From positions 1 through 53,865 of IMG/VR virus record IMGVR_UViG_3300033513_000009: DNA of 53,865 bases. One strand, given 5' to 3'. This stretch comes from a virus. Lineage: Duplodnaviria > Caudoviricetes. A program made the position numbers and the translations under genes. The notes under the pieces were generated by a model. That model saw nothing but the letters and a program-made list of their open reading frames with translations, was not told the DNA's origin and ran no database searches. Below, piece by piece: positions 38,631 through 47,480 of this stretch; positions within the stretch are counted from its first letter, which is position 1; every line of letters begins with the position of its first letter.

Positions 38631-38918
38631 TTAGTTTTTATTGTTTTTCCTATCATTATTTTTTCTCCAAAGTTTAGCGACCAACTTCCCTAATTCCATT
38701 TTCCAGTACTTAACGGAGCCTTTTGGGGTAGGAATATTCCCATCCTTTACTTCTCTGGTGTTTTTGCTTTCCATTGCGTCAATGGTATCAATAGCATCTG
38801 TTCCTTCTATTCTAGGTAGGTCTGGTGTCGGAACTACAACCTTCACCTTGCTTTGAATATCTACCCCTGACAGCCCTGCACTAGTTCCGACTTCTTTTTT
38901 GATTTCTTTTTTATTCAT
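38631..38918 (-). CDS. Small protein with a copy of the MCP N-terminal arm
   Basis: VGTSAGLSGVDIQSKVKVVVP vs MCP VGTSAGLYGVDIQEGAKLVVP. Confidence 0.7.
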   Translation of the reverse strand: MNKKEIKKEVGTSAGLSGVDIQSKVKVVVPTPDLPRIEGTDAIDTIDAMESKNTREVKDGNIPTPKGSVKYWKMELGKLVAKLWRKNNDRKNNKN

Positions 38919-39102
38919 GGTCGCATTGTCCGCAACATTCTGATTTTGCAAAATGCAAAACATGTTTATCTGCTTCCGCATAAATAGAGACTAACTCATA
39001 ACCCTCATCTTCTAATTCCTTGATAGCACTATTGAGGACTAACTCAGTACTAGTGCTCCCTTCATAACCGCCCACTACCTTGATTTTTGATTTTATTTTC
39101 AT
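38911..39102 (-). CDS. Hypothetical protein
   Basis: Coupled small ORF. Confidence 0.5.
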   Translation of the reverse strand: MKIKSKIKVVGGYEGSTSTELVLNSAIKELEDEGYELVSIYAEADKHVLHFAKSECCGQCDHE

Positions 39103-39350
39103 GCGTTCCCCTTTAATCCATATCCCAAATCATACCCATCCTTGATTAGGCGATAAACAATTTCTTCTGGAGATGTTTTCCTGAAGGAATCCAGCATTCT
39201 TTCATCACCCCTTATTATGAGAGGATTTGGTGAAGGACTTAAAAAAATACTTAAATGACTAATAATGATTATGTACTCCTCCCCTGACTGCATAATGGTA
39301 TATGCGAATTGGTCAAAAGCGGTTCCCTTTTCAATTATTTGCATAAACAT
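39099..39350 (-). CDS. Hypothetical protein
   Basis: Coupled small ORF. Confidence 0.5.
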   Translation of the reverse strand: MFMQIIEKGTAFDQFAYTIMQSGEEYIIIISHLSIFLSPSPNPLIIRGDERMLDSFRKTSPEEIVYRLIKDGYDLGYGLKGNA

Positions 39351-39362
39351 ATTTTATCAATA

Positions 39363-40454
39363 TTACTCCATAATGTCAAGAGCTATTTTCAGACCCTGTT
39401 CCTTGGTGGAAAACTCTTCATCAAACTGCCTGTTCAGCAATTCTTTCAAGAGTCTACCCATGTGTGGAGAAGGTGTTACTCCTATCGAAATAAGGTCATC
39501 ACCATTAACTACAGGTGCAAGACTATTTTTTACTTCCTCGTATATTGAGCGGAGCCCTTCAGTCTCATAACCTTTCGCTTTATAGAACTTGATAAGCTTC
39601 GGTACGTCCACCTTATTTGCAAGTTGTCTTACAGAAGGTCTGGTAAGGTTGAACTCATACGGAATAAGCAAGCTTTTAACGCTCTCCAGCAATTTTGTTT
39701 CATTCGAAAGCCCATTAGTTCCTCCAAGAAGAGCGAACATTACATCAAGCTCTCGACTCTCTACATTGTCGATGAATCTGTAGTCATATGAAGGAAAAAT
39801 CACCTCAAGGATTCCGTTTTCCTCCATCCATTCAAATGCTATTGATGGTTTTTTACCCTTCAATAGTATTTTTTCAAATTCACCCAATATTCTCTCCCTT
39901 GAAAGAGATGGGAGTTCTGGTATGAGTTCCCTGCAAAGCTTTGTAGTTTCGGGGTCGATACCGAATTCAAAACGGGAAGCGAATTGAGCCACCCTAAGTA
40001 CCCTCAGTGGGTCTTCAGCAAAAGTATCTCTGTTGACATACCTGATAAGTTTTTTCTGAATATCTTTCACACCATTAAATGGGTCGATTATCTCTCCGCT
40101 TAGTGGGCACATCAATATAGCATTAATAGTTAAATCCCTGCGTGAGCAAGCTTCCTCAAATGACATGAAGGGGTCAGCGCTAATAGCAAATTGCGTATGT
40201 CCTACCCCTATTTTGCGTTCCCTGCGGGGGATTGAAATATCCATATCCCCCAATTTATAAATGCCGAAGGACTGACCTACCAAATTAGGTTCACCAAATT
40301 CTCGCAAAACCTCCAATAGCTGTGGTTCCGTCAAGCCATAGACCTCTATGTCTATATCCTTGTTTGGGAGACCCATTAGGGTATCACGCACGATTCCCCC
40401 AACGAGGAATGCCCTTCCTCCTTTCTCCCTAATTTGTTGCGCTATTTGTTTCAT
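39363..40454 (-). CDS. cca: CCA tRNA nucleotidyltransferase (class II)
   Basis: VGGIVRD, DIDIE, RRDLTINA, EDPLRVLR, SRERI..E, VNGDDL. Confidence 0.88.
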   Translation of the reverse strand: MKQIAQQIREKGGRAFLVGGIVRDTLMGLPNKDIDIEVYGLTEPQLLEVLREFGEPNLVGQSFGIYKLGDMDISIPRRERKIGVGHTQFAISADPFMSFEEACSRRDLTINAILMCPLSGEIIDPFNGVKDIQKKLIRYVNRDTFAEDPLRVLRVAQFASRFEFGIDPETTKLCRELIPELPSLSRERILGEFEKILLKGKKPSIAFEWMEENGILEVIFPSYDYRFIDNVESRELDVMFALLGGTNGLSNETKLLESVKSLLIPYEFNLTRPSVRQLANKVDVPKLIKFYKAKGYETEGLRSIYEEVKNSLAPVVNGDDLISIGVTPSPHMGRLLKELLNRQFDEEFSTKEQGLKIALDIME

Positions 40455-40524
40455 AACTTTATTATATCATAATACATTTAATTTGTCAATTATTCAGTGT
40501 CACAACATATGCTATAATTTTCAA
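40455..40524. promoter_or_regulatory. Divergent leaderless promoters for cca and acb1
   Basis: Minus TTGACA(40489-84)-17-TATAAT(40466-61), 6 nt to ATG; plus TGCTATAAT(40510-18), 6 nt to ATG 40525. Confidence 0.75.
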
Positions 40525-41025
40525 ATGAAGAAAATAGAAGAACTCGTAAATTTCATTAAATCGTTCACAAAGGGCACTTATGCTGGAGTGAGATTTGATG
40601 AGCAAACTCAAAATATATTGTTTCAATATGCAATAGATAATAAAATCCCTAATCCTGTTAGCAAGGAGGATTACCATACAACGCTTTTGTATAGTCGCAA
40701 ATACCTTCCTAATTATAAGGGGGCAGGAAAAATAGATATGTATGGAACTCCAGCGAAATTAGAGATTTGGAAAAACAGCAATGCCTTGATTAAAACTTCT
40801 GTTTTGGTACTTCGCTTTGAAAGTTCCGAACTTTCCAAGAGGCATAATTTTTTGATGGGGGAACATCATGCTACCTATGATTTCCCAACCTATATTCCTC
40901 ACATCACATTAAGTTATAATGTTGGTGATTTAGATATTTCGACATTACCAAAAGTTCCCTTAACAGAAATACATATGGTTGAAGAGTATAGCTCCGATTT
41001 AAATGAGGAAAAAATTAAAAAATAA
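40525..41025 (+). CDS. acb1: Anti-CBASS 2H phosphodiesterase, Acb1 (T4 57B-like)
   Basis: Two HxT motifs YHTTLLYSR and YIPHITLSYNVG; PNPV, LEIWK, LVL..S..L..RH, ATYDF match T4 57B as recalled. Confidence 0.85.
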   Translation: MKKIEELVNFIKSFTKGTYAGVRFDEQTQNILFQYAIDNKIPNPVSKEDYHTTLLYSRKYLPNYKGAGKIDMYGTPAKLEIWKNSNALIKTSVLVLRFESSELSKRHNFLMGEHHATYDFPTYIPHITLSYNVGDLDISTLPKVPLTEIHMVEEYSSDLNEEKIKK

Positions 41026-41186
41026 TGGAAGAGAAAGCAGTGGCACAAATTCAAAAAGAACTAGACAAATTGGGGCTCAGATATGAAGATAAAGATAAGC
41101 CAGACTTCCCTATCGGAAAGGTGTGGGAGGCTGGAATAGACCTTTCTAGCGCTCAGGTTGAAGGACAAACCGTCTTTTTGGACTAA
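41025..41186 (+). CDS. 53-aa hypothetical (not in ORF track)
   Basis: MEEKAVAQIQKELDKLG...; TAATG coupling at both ends. Confidence 0.6.
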   Translation: MEEKAVAQIQKELDKLGLRYEDKDKPDFPIGKVWEAGIDLSSAQVEGQTVFLD

Positions 41187-42019
41187 TGGATAGGGTTAAA
41201 GAATTACAATCAATTGTAAAATCGTTTTTCGGACATGAGGGACGGGAGGGATTAGTAGGTGGAAGCTCTCCTCGAAACTTATTCAAAAATGAAGAAGAAG
41301 CGATTACGCATTTCAAAAATATGGGTATTGGTCTCGAATTTAAGTATGGCGACCGTCAGACTAAACTAAATAGAATTGAAATAGAGCAATTGAATGATGT
41401 TGCAAAAAGTGTCGCGCATATTACTTCAAAATATCCCCTAAAAAACAAGCATATGTTCGAGAATATAGTAATTGATAACACAATGCAGGAGAATCATAGG
41501 GGAATGTGGTCTGGTTCCTTCTATCCAAGTAGTCCCATGGATTCACATGGAAATATTCTTTTGAATATGAAAGCATTAATGGATTATAAGACAGGGGCTA
41601 ATATCGCAACCTCCCTCAAGGAAACCCTTATCCATGAATATGGTCATGCCCTACATCACGAATATGAGGCATTTAATTGGGATAATTTTGCTAATCGCCT
41701 ACCACTAGAGGGGCTCAAACCAGTATCATCTAAAACAGGAGCATTAATGTCGGATTTATATGATTTAAGGGAGACTATTAGTAAGGGAATACGGGGTGAT
41801 GATGAGTTTCAAAATCTTACTTCTGCCGACCTTCATTATTTCAAAGACCTGAAGCAATATGCACCTTCGGTTTATGCGCTAAATAATATCCATGAATACG
41901 TTGCAGAAAGCTTTTTGGCTAGGGAGAAAGGGCAGGAACTATCACCATTTAGTCAGAAAGTCCTAAAGGAAATTATAGACAGTAAACCTGATTGGAAAAT
42001 AAAGAGAGCGCTTTTTTAG
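41186..42019 (+). CDS. Leader-bearing zincin metallopeptidase
   Basis: VKELQSIVK-SFFGHEGREGLVGGSSPR; HEYGH; PSVYA..EYVAESF. Confidence 0.8.
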   Translation: MDRVKELQSIVKSFFGHEGREGLVGGSSPRNLFKNEEEAITHFKNMGIGLEFKYGDRQTKLNRIEIEQLNDVAKSVAHITSKYPLKNKHMFENIVIDNTMQENHRGMWSGSFYPSSPMDSHGNILLNMKALMDYKTGANIATSLKETLIHEYGHALHHEYEAFNWDNFANRLPLEGLKPVSSKTGALMSDLYDLRETISKGIRGDDEFQNLTSADLHYFKDLKQYAPSVYALNNIHEYVAESFLAREKGQELSPFSQKVLKEIIDSKPDWKIKRALF

Positions 42020-42030
42020 GGCGCTCTTTT
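42005..42030. terminator. Probable bidirectional terminator
   Basis: AGAGCGC/GCGCTCT stem between convergent genes, flanked by A/T tracts. Confidence 0.65.
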
Positions 42031-42034
42031 GGTT

Positions 42035-42973
42035 CTATGTTAGTTTGTCGGGGAAGAATTTCACTGATTTTGCATCCTTATTCCAGAAGCATACATCTCC
42101 TTGCTGAAACCAAGACTCACCATTCACGTCATCGACGGGTATCGAAGCTAGTTTTGGCGGTTTCCTAAAGTTGATAGCATCTCTTACTGTTTTGCATTTA
42201 GGGTCAACTTCCTCTACGTGGTATACATGAATTGAAGGGTTCTTCATTTTTAGATATACGGGATAAGTGTTATTTACCTTGATACCGAATTTCAGAAGTT
42301 CATACTCATGACCATTAAAGGCATCCTTGTTCAACACTTCCGCCCCCAAATCAACAAGCATTTTCTCTATACCGATTTTGCGAACTATCTCCCTACGTAT
42401 CTCTACGTTTTTCTCTTCTGTTATCTTAGAGGAAGGTATCTGTTCAGCAGGGGTCATAACGAGCCATTCAGGAACATGTACTCCATTAAGTACGTAGAAA
42501 CCGAAACCGTCCGCATACTCAATTGCCTTACCTGTCTCAGAATGGAGCTGATTTTCCGCATTCACTTCGAACCTGATAGGTTTCTGTGACATAATGCAGT
42601 AGTCATCAAATGGATAGATAACGTCAACAGCAGTCAAATCCCACAGCAGTTCATACTCAGTTTTCTGTGCTGGTGTGAATTTCTCTACCTCTTTATTGTA
42701 TTCAGCAAATGCGAGATAAGGTGTCCACCAGTGTCCATCAAGATAAGGCCATTGGAAATCAAATTTCTCTCCAAGCCTTTTCTGTATTTCATCCCACGCC
42801 GCTTTAGGTGAAGGATAAACACTGACGGGAACTGTTTTTTGTTTACAGACAACCTCGTACAGCCTATCGGTTAGCTTCTGTGCTTCTTCATTTGTGACAC
42901 CCTTGCCACTACCCTTCTCTTTTAGTTTGAAAGTTAGGTACTGTGGTAGTGTCATATCATACATATTTGTCAT
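42035..42973 (-). CDS. DUF6745-like protein
   Basis: LHSETGKAIEYADGFGFYVLNGVHVP, NVEIRR, MKNPS. Confidence 0.7.
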   Translation of the reverse strand: MTNMYDMTLPQYLTFKLKEKGSGKGVTNEEAQKLTDRLYEVVCKQKTVPVSVYPSPKAAWDEIQKRLGEKFDFQWPYLDGHWWTPYLAFAEYNKEVEKFTPAQKTEYELLWDLTAVDVIYPFDDYCIMSQKPIRFEVNAENQLHSETGKAIEYADGFGFYVLNGVHVPEWLVMTPAEQIPSSKITEEKNVEIRREIVRKIGIEKMLVDLGAEVLNKDAFNGHEYELLKFGIKVNNTYPVYLKMKNPSIHVYHVEEVDPKCKTVRDAINFRKPPKLASIPVDDVNGESWFQQGDVCFWNKDAKSVKFFPDKLT

Positions 42974-42990
42974 TGAGCTTCCTTCCTCTT

Positions 42991-43260
42991 TTAATCTCTT
43001 ACTTTCCTAGCTTCCTCAGCAAAACTATCATATTCACGAATCTGGTCAGATGCGAAAATGATACCTTTTGTTAGGGCAATAGGTTTGTGCTCTTCATGAG
43101 TCACTTTTACGTCTTTTGTTTCTCCGCATACATAACGCAGACCATCCTGTCCTAGATAAACCTCATCGGTACACCTATGAGCGTGACCCGTTACTTCACC
43201 ATGCGCGAAAACACCCTTATCAACTCCGTCGAGTTTTTTCATATCCTCATGCCATTTCAT
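42991..43260 (-). CDS. Small His-rich partner of the DUF6745-like protein
   Basis: HGEVTGHAH, HEEHKPI, QIREY. Confidence 0.7.
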   Translation of the reverse strand: MKWHEDMKKLDGVDKGVFAHGEVTGHAHRCTDEVYLGQDGLRYVCGETKDVKVTHEEHKPIALTKGIIFASDQIREYDSFAEEARKVRD

Positions 43261-43368
43261 TTGGATTTCTCCTTCTTGTAATATTACGAAAGCTCTAGTA
43301 TTATATGTTTTTTTTTTAGGCTTGTCAAGTCTATTGACTTATAAAGTAGGATATGCTATAATAGAACA

Positions 43369-43581
43369 ATGAAATACATAAAAACGCAAAATAATGAGAT
43401 AGTACTATTTCCCGAAACTTTGACCCACTCGCAGTTTCGACACCTTCTGCCTATTTCCGCTGGCTTTGTTAGTGGATTATTTTCGGGGGAGCCAACTTGT
43501 TTTGGCTCCAGTATTTCACTTGGACTTTCTTCCGCTGAGGAGGATAGTGAGATACTGAGAAAACAAATTAGGGGTTATTAA
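43369..43581 (+). CDS. Hypothetical (leaderless transcript)
   Basis: TTGACT(43334)-17-TATAAT(43357), ATG 6 nt later. Confidence 0.7.
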   Translation: MKYIKTQNNEIVLFPETLTHSQFRHLLPISAGFVSGLFSGEPTCFGSSISLGLSSAEEDSEILRKQIRGY

Positions 43582-43864
43582 TGATTTTTTGTAACTTTTC
43601 TATTTTGGTACTATTAATATCATAATATGCAAGAGTTTGTCTTGCCCATGCCCATTGACCGCGTAAAAGTGAGCGCAATGCAGGTGATACCGTTGCATAT
43701 AGTATAAGGTTATCTATAGGAACTTCGTTACCCCCAATAAGCATGGGAAATGTTTCCACTATTCTATCTAAATATGCTCTTAGTTTTGATTCATCTATAG
43801 GCTCATTTTTCCTATTGAAATAGAGTATTCCTAATTCTCGTCCGATTTTATTACTATAGTCCAC
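43568..43864 (-). CDS. Small protein coupled downstream of a zincin gene
   Basis: Overlaps the stop of 43854-45377. Confidence 0.55.
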   Translation of the reverse strand: MDYSNKIGRELGILYFNRKNEPIDESKLRAYLDRIVETFPMLIGGNEVPIDNLILYATVSPALRSLLRGQWAWARQTLAYYDINSTKIEKLQKIINNP

Positions 43865-45377
43865 TGTATTCTCCTAGAAATTCTTTTTGATAGTCTGTTA
43901 ATTTTTTATTAGTAAGGTGTGCCTGAACAAAACTTTCAGCAAAAAATTCATACTTATTAGTCATTCCGAACTTGCTTGGAATATCGTTCTGAACTTTTTC
44001 GTAACCAAAACCAAGCAAGGAGCCACCCGCCTTATTACTAATGGATTGCGCAAAGGCATCAAATCCCCTGTCATCTTTTCTCAAGTCCCTATAACTATAA
44101 GCATGACCCATTTCATGAGCGATAACATGTTGCATTGGTGCTGAATCTGTTTTTATCAAGTCAGACATTCCTAATCCACCCATCTGGTCATAAACAAAAG
44201 CTCTTTTATTAAAGATAATCTTTGCTGTCCCATCGGCATAGGGTTGGTAAATTGCCCCCGCATCACTTTTACCACCCAAGTCCTTTGTTGTAATATGAGT
44301 TAGTCCTTTTGGCATTCCGAATTTATCATGGAGGGCAAACAATGTTTCATTTATTTGATGTACCTGCTCCAATGTGGGAATATCCCCATAGTTCACCTTT
44401 ATGCCTAGCTTTTTTGTCGCCATCTTGCTTGCTTCGGCAACAGTAGTAGCTTCCCTTGGTAAACTCCCACCTCTTTCCCCCTGACGTCCCTTATGACCCT
44501 TGAAGGATTTTGCTAGTTCCAAATCAGATATTATTTTGTTTATTCCATAATCATGGTGGTCTAAATGATATTTGGTTTTATCAACAACAGGAATGCCCTT
44601 CTTATCGGCTTCAGCTTTTAGCTCTTTATAGGTCTCGTCATCAACTATTTTTCGGTCAACTTGAATATTCTTGATGTACTTATCGGCATTTTCCAGACCA
44701 TTATTGCCACCAATTTTAAGCTCCTCTTCGCCAGCAAATGTTCCAAGAAATTTATCTCCCACCTTGACTTTATGACCGTCTTCTTTTATTTTGCCCAAAT
44801 CTAAGTCAATACGCACACCTTTATCAGCGAAGGTATAAGGCTTGTTGCCCTCTCCGTACCACTGAACAGTTGCTATATCTGGGTGGTCAAAATCGGGATT
44901 AGTTGTTGTCGATAATCCAGATACCTCACCCTCCCCATAAAGTTGATTTTCCTGTAAAATATTAATTGCAGAAGAAGGGTCAGTAAAGTGATATGTTTTG
45001 GGGGCATTTTCGTCACCTCCCATAGCAAAGGGGTTGGGTTGTTTATTAAGAATCTCTAAATTACGGGATAATTCTTTAAATGATTTATCATCCCTAGCGT
45101 GAAGTTCGTTAAATCTGGTTGTCAGTTCTTCTTCAGAGATTTTGTCTCGTTCCGCTTTTAATTTATCCCAACCTTCCGATGATTTGATGTCATGGGCTTG
45201 TTTTAAAGCGCCCCTAAGTCGAAGAATATCTTGTGGTTTTAGGGTGCCACCATCTTTAACATAATCCATGTATTTTTGATGATTTTCCATGGTGATTCCT
45301 TTTGTCCACTGGTTTCCGTGAAATTCGTGACCTTCCTTGTCACCCTTCCTTAAGTTGTAAATTATTTTATCGAGCAT
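43854..45377 (-). CDS. Two-module leader polyprotein: ART-like domain plus zincin
   Basis: LDKIIYNLRK-GDKEGHEFHGNQW; YHFT/LSTT/GEEE; internal INKIISDLELAK-SFKGHKGR; HEMGH, EFFAESF. Confidence 0.75.
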   Translation of the reverse strand: MLDKIIYNLRKGDKEGHEFHGNQWTKGITMENHQKYMDYVKDGGTLKPQDILRLRGALKQAHDIKSSEGWDKLKAERDKISEEELTTRFNELHARDDKSFKELSRNLEILNKQPNPFAMGGDENAPKTYHFTDPSSAINILQENQLYGEGEVSGLSTTTNPDFDHPDIATVQWYGEGNKPYTFADKGVRIDLDLGKIKEDGHKVKVGDKFLGTFAGEEELKIGGNNGLENADKYIKNIQVDRKIVDDETYKELKAEADKKGIPVVDKTKYHLDHHDYGINKIISDLELAKSFKGHKGRQGERGGSLPREATTVAEASKMATKKLGIKVNYGDIPTLEQVHQINETLFALHDKFGMPKGLTHITTKDLGGKSDAGAIYQPYADGTAKIIFNKRAFVYDQMGGLGMSDLIKTDSAPMQHVIAHEMGHAYSYRDLRKDDRGFDAFAQSISNKAGGSLLGFGYEKVQNDIPSKFGMTNKYEFFAESFVQAHLTNKKLTDYQKEFLGEYSGL

Positions 45378-45579
45378 ATTCTTGTAGATACGAGGAAAAT
45401 TTAACACCCTTTCTTATGAGGTTTTTGATTATACGCCCATATTTAACTGGGTCAATAGATACTCGAATAGTCAGCAACTCTTCTATGCCATAACCATTTC
45501 TATAGTTCTGATAAAGACCCTCAATCATATCTTGTTCCGACATTTCATCATCTATTAATATGTATTCCATTATTTCCAT
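45367..45579 (-). CDS. Small protein coupled downstream of a zincin gene
   Basis: 70 aa with acidic N-terminus; overlaps both neighbours. Confidence 0.55.
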   Translation of the reverse strand: MEIMEYILIDDEMSEQDMIEGLYQNYRNGYGIEELLTIRVSIDPVKYGRIIKNLIRKGVKFSSYLQEYAR

Positions 45580-46349
45580 TTGGTTATCCTTTCCAACATT
45601 GTTTTTTGAAGTTCGCTGATTTTCATTCCGGTATGAGCTTGCACAAATGATTCAGCGACAAATTCATCGGAATCTTGCATTGCATATATGCTTGGAACAT
45701 CTGCTCTTTTTTTATATACTTGTGGTGTGAGTTCACCCTCTTCATTTTCAAGCCTATCCCTAAAAGCCCAAAAGTCATGATGATTAGGGTCATTATAATA
45801 GATACGTGTATTCCCTTCTTTATCCTTCCTCTGCCCAAAATGCTCTAGTCGATAATTGAAATCATAAGCATGTCCCAATTCATGAAGTGTAGAGACCTTG
45901 ACTTGACTAGCCCCAAGGGGCATTACCGTCATGTCCCCGAATATTTTATCCATTTGCTCAAAGGTTGAATTTCTTTCTATGCACTTTGAATTAATGACCA
46001 CTTTCCCCAAAAATGGAACACCTTTTGTTACTGCCTCAAGGGGATTACTCCTAAAAGCTCCTTGTACCCCAAAATCCATTTCCTCTACAACAAATTCTTT
46101 CAGACCATCAGGCTTCCCATATTTTGAAAAAATGTCTGACATAGTTCCTATTGCATGATTCAATCCTTCTATATTTGTTTTATTAGGGATGGTTGCTTTC
46201 ATCCCTAATTTCTTTTCAATAAATACGCGGGCTTCCTTTACATTTTTGGCTCCAGTAAAACCACTGATGTATTGATTGCCATGGAATGGATGACCCTTGA
46301 AATCACCCTTCCTTAAGTTGTAAATTATTTTATCTAGTTTTATTAGCAT
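45570..46349 (-). CDS. Leader-bearing zincin metallopeptidase
   Basis: KLDKIIYNLRK-GDFKGHPFHGNQY; HELGH; PSIYA..EFVAESF. Confidence 0.8.
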   Translation of the reverse strand: MLIKLDKIIYNLRKGDFKGHPFHGNQYISGFTGAKNVKEARVFIEKKLGMKATIPNKTNIEGLNHAIGTMSDIFSKYGKPDGLKEFVVEEMDFGVQGAFRSNPLEAVTKGVPFLGKVVINSKCIERNSTFEQMDKIFGDMTVMPLGASQVKVSTLHELGHAYDFNYRLEHFGQRKDKEGNTRIYYNDPNHHDFWAFRDRLENEEGELTPQVYKKRADVPSIYAMQDSDEFVAESFVQAHTGMKISELQKTMLERITKWK

Positions 46350-46418
46350 TATTTCTTGATTATAGCACGAATATTAGATTCAAATTTTTAATTGTAGTAA
46401 TCATGGTATCATTAGGGA

Positions 46419-46862
46419 ATGATAAACAAAATTATAGACATGTTGAAGCAGTCTACTCCTTTCTATTCCGATGAAACAAGAGGATATGATGATAATATTC
46501 GAAACATTGTCCGTAGTCCTGAATATAAAAAGGCACAAAAATTACTCATGAGTTACAAAAGTGATGTTATTGATGTTATGAATGGGCTTAGAGCCAATAT
46601 CGAAAACAAAGATAAAATCATGGAATATTACAAGGAGCTAAAAGCAATTGATGACTCCGATGTACGAGAAGCAATTGACAGGGTAGCTACCGTCTATGAT
46701 GGACATGGGATAGGTAGTAAAGCCCGTTCGAAACTACAAGATGATTTACAGCGTATTAAGAACCATGCTTTTGCTATTGCTGACGAAATTAAAGGTAAGA
46801 AGATTCAGCGTAACTACACAAGCGGAATTATAGTAGTGCCTAGTAGTGAAAACCATTCTTAA
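46419..46862 (+). CDS. Leader-bearing hypothetical
   Basis: MINKIIDMLK start; TGGTATCAT 6 nt upstream. Confidence 0.65.
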   Translation: MINKIIDMLKQSTPFYSDETRGYDDNIRNIVRSPEYKKAQKLLMSYKSDVIDVMNGLRANIENKDKIMEYYKELKAIDDSDVREAIDRVATVYDGHGIGSKARSKLQDDLQRIKNHAFAIADEIKGKKIQRNYTSGIIVVPSSENHS

Positions 46863-47129
46863 TATATTGAACATGCCTGTAAGCATAGTTAATTATTTCT
46901 TCAGGTAGTTCCTTTTTCCATTTCTCCCGTACTTCTTCTATAGGAGGTAGTTCACCTCGGCAGTATCCTGAAACAAATTTATTGAGTGGTTCAAGATAGT
47001 CTTTACTAATTATTCCTTCCAAGTACTTCCTTCATCAAATTTTTATTGTCAAAAAAGTGACGTATCCCAATCATCTTTGGTATTTTATAAACATAATTAT
47101 AAAAAGCCATGTAATTATAAGACAGGGCA

Positions 47130-47399
47130 TTAATCTTCTTCATATATTGTTAGTTTCAAATCCTTTATGTTTTTTACAGTTTCTATTGAATTTAGATTAA
47201 ATTTATTATCAGCTTCACTTAACAGAAAGAGTAAGAGTGAAATCTCTTCTTTGGGCAAACAAAACGCCTGAGTTGAGAAGTCAACAAGTATAACACCTGT
47301 CTCCAGCAGACTTATATTGATACACTTTCCCTCACCCTCAAACTTCAGTGCTTTGGTGATTTTAACAGTCTCGTTACCTATTTGTGCTTCCCCTACCAT
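47130..47399 (-). CDS. Hypothetical protein
   Basis: AGGAGG RBS; TTGACT(47446-41)-17-TATAAT(47423-18). Confidence 0.65.
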   Translation of the reverse strand: MVGEAQIGNETVKITKALKFEGEGKCINISLLETGVILVDFSTQAFCLPKEEISLLLFLLSEADNKFNLNSIETVKNIKDLKLTIYEED

Positions 47400-47480
47400 A
47401 CTTCCTCCTAAAACTATATTATACCATTATGGGAAGAAGAAGTCAAGATTTAATTGTAATATCAAATGTACCAACAATAG

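Noticed and set aside
40348-40524. N-terminal extension of the Acb1 ORF (likewise track starts at 35636, 47963, 50248)
   Set aside because: These starts overlap promoter elements or the opposite gene; downstream ATGs fit better
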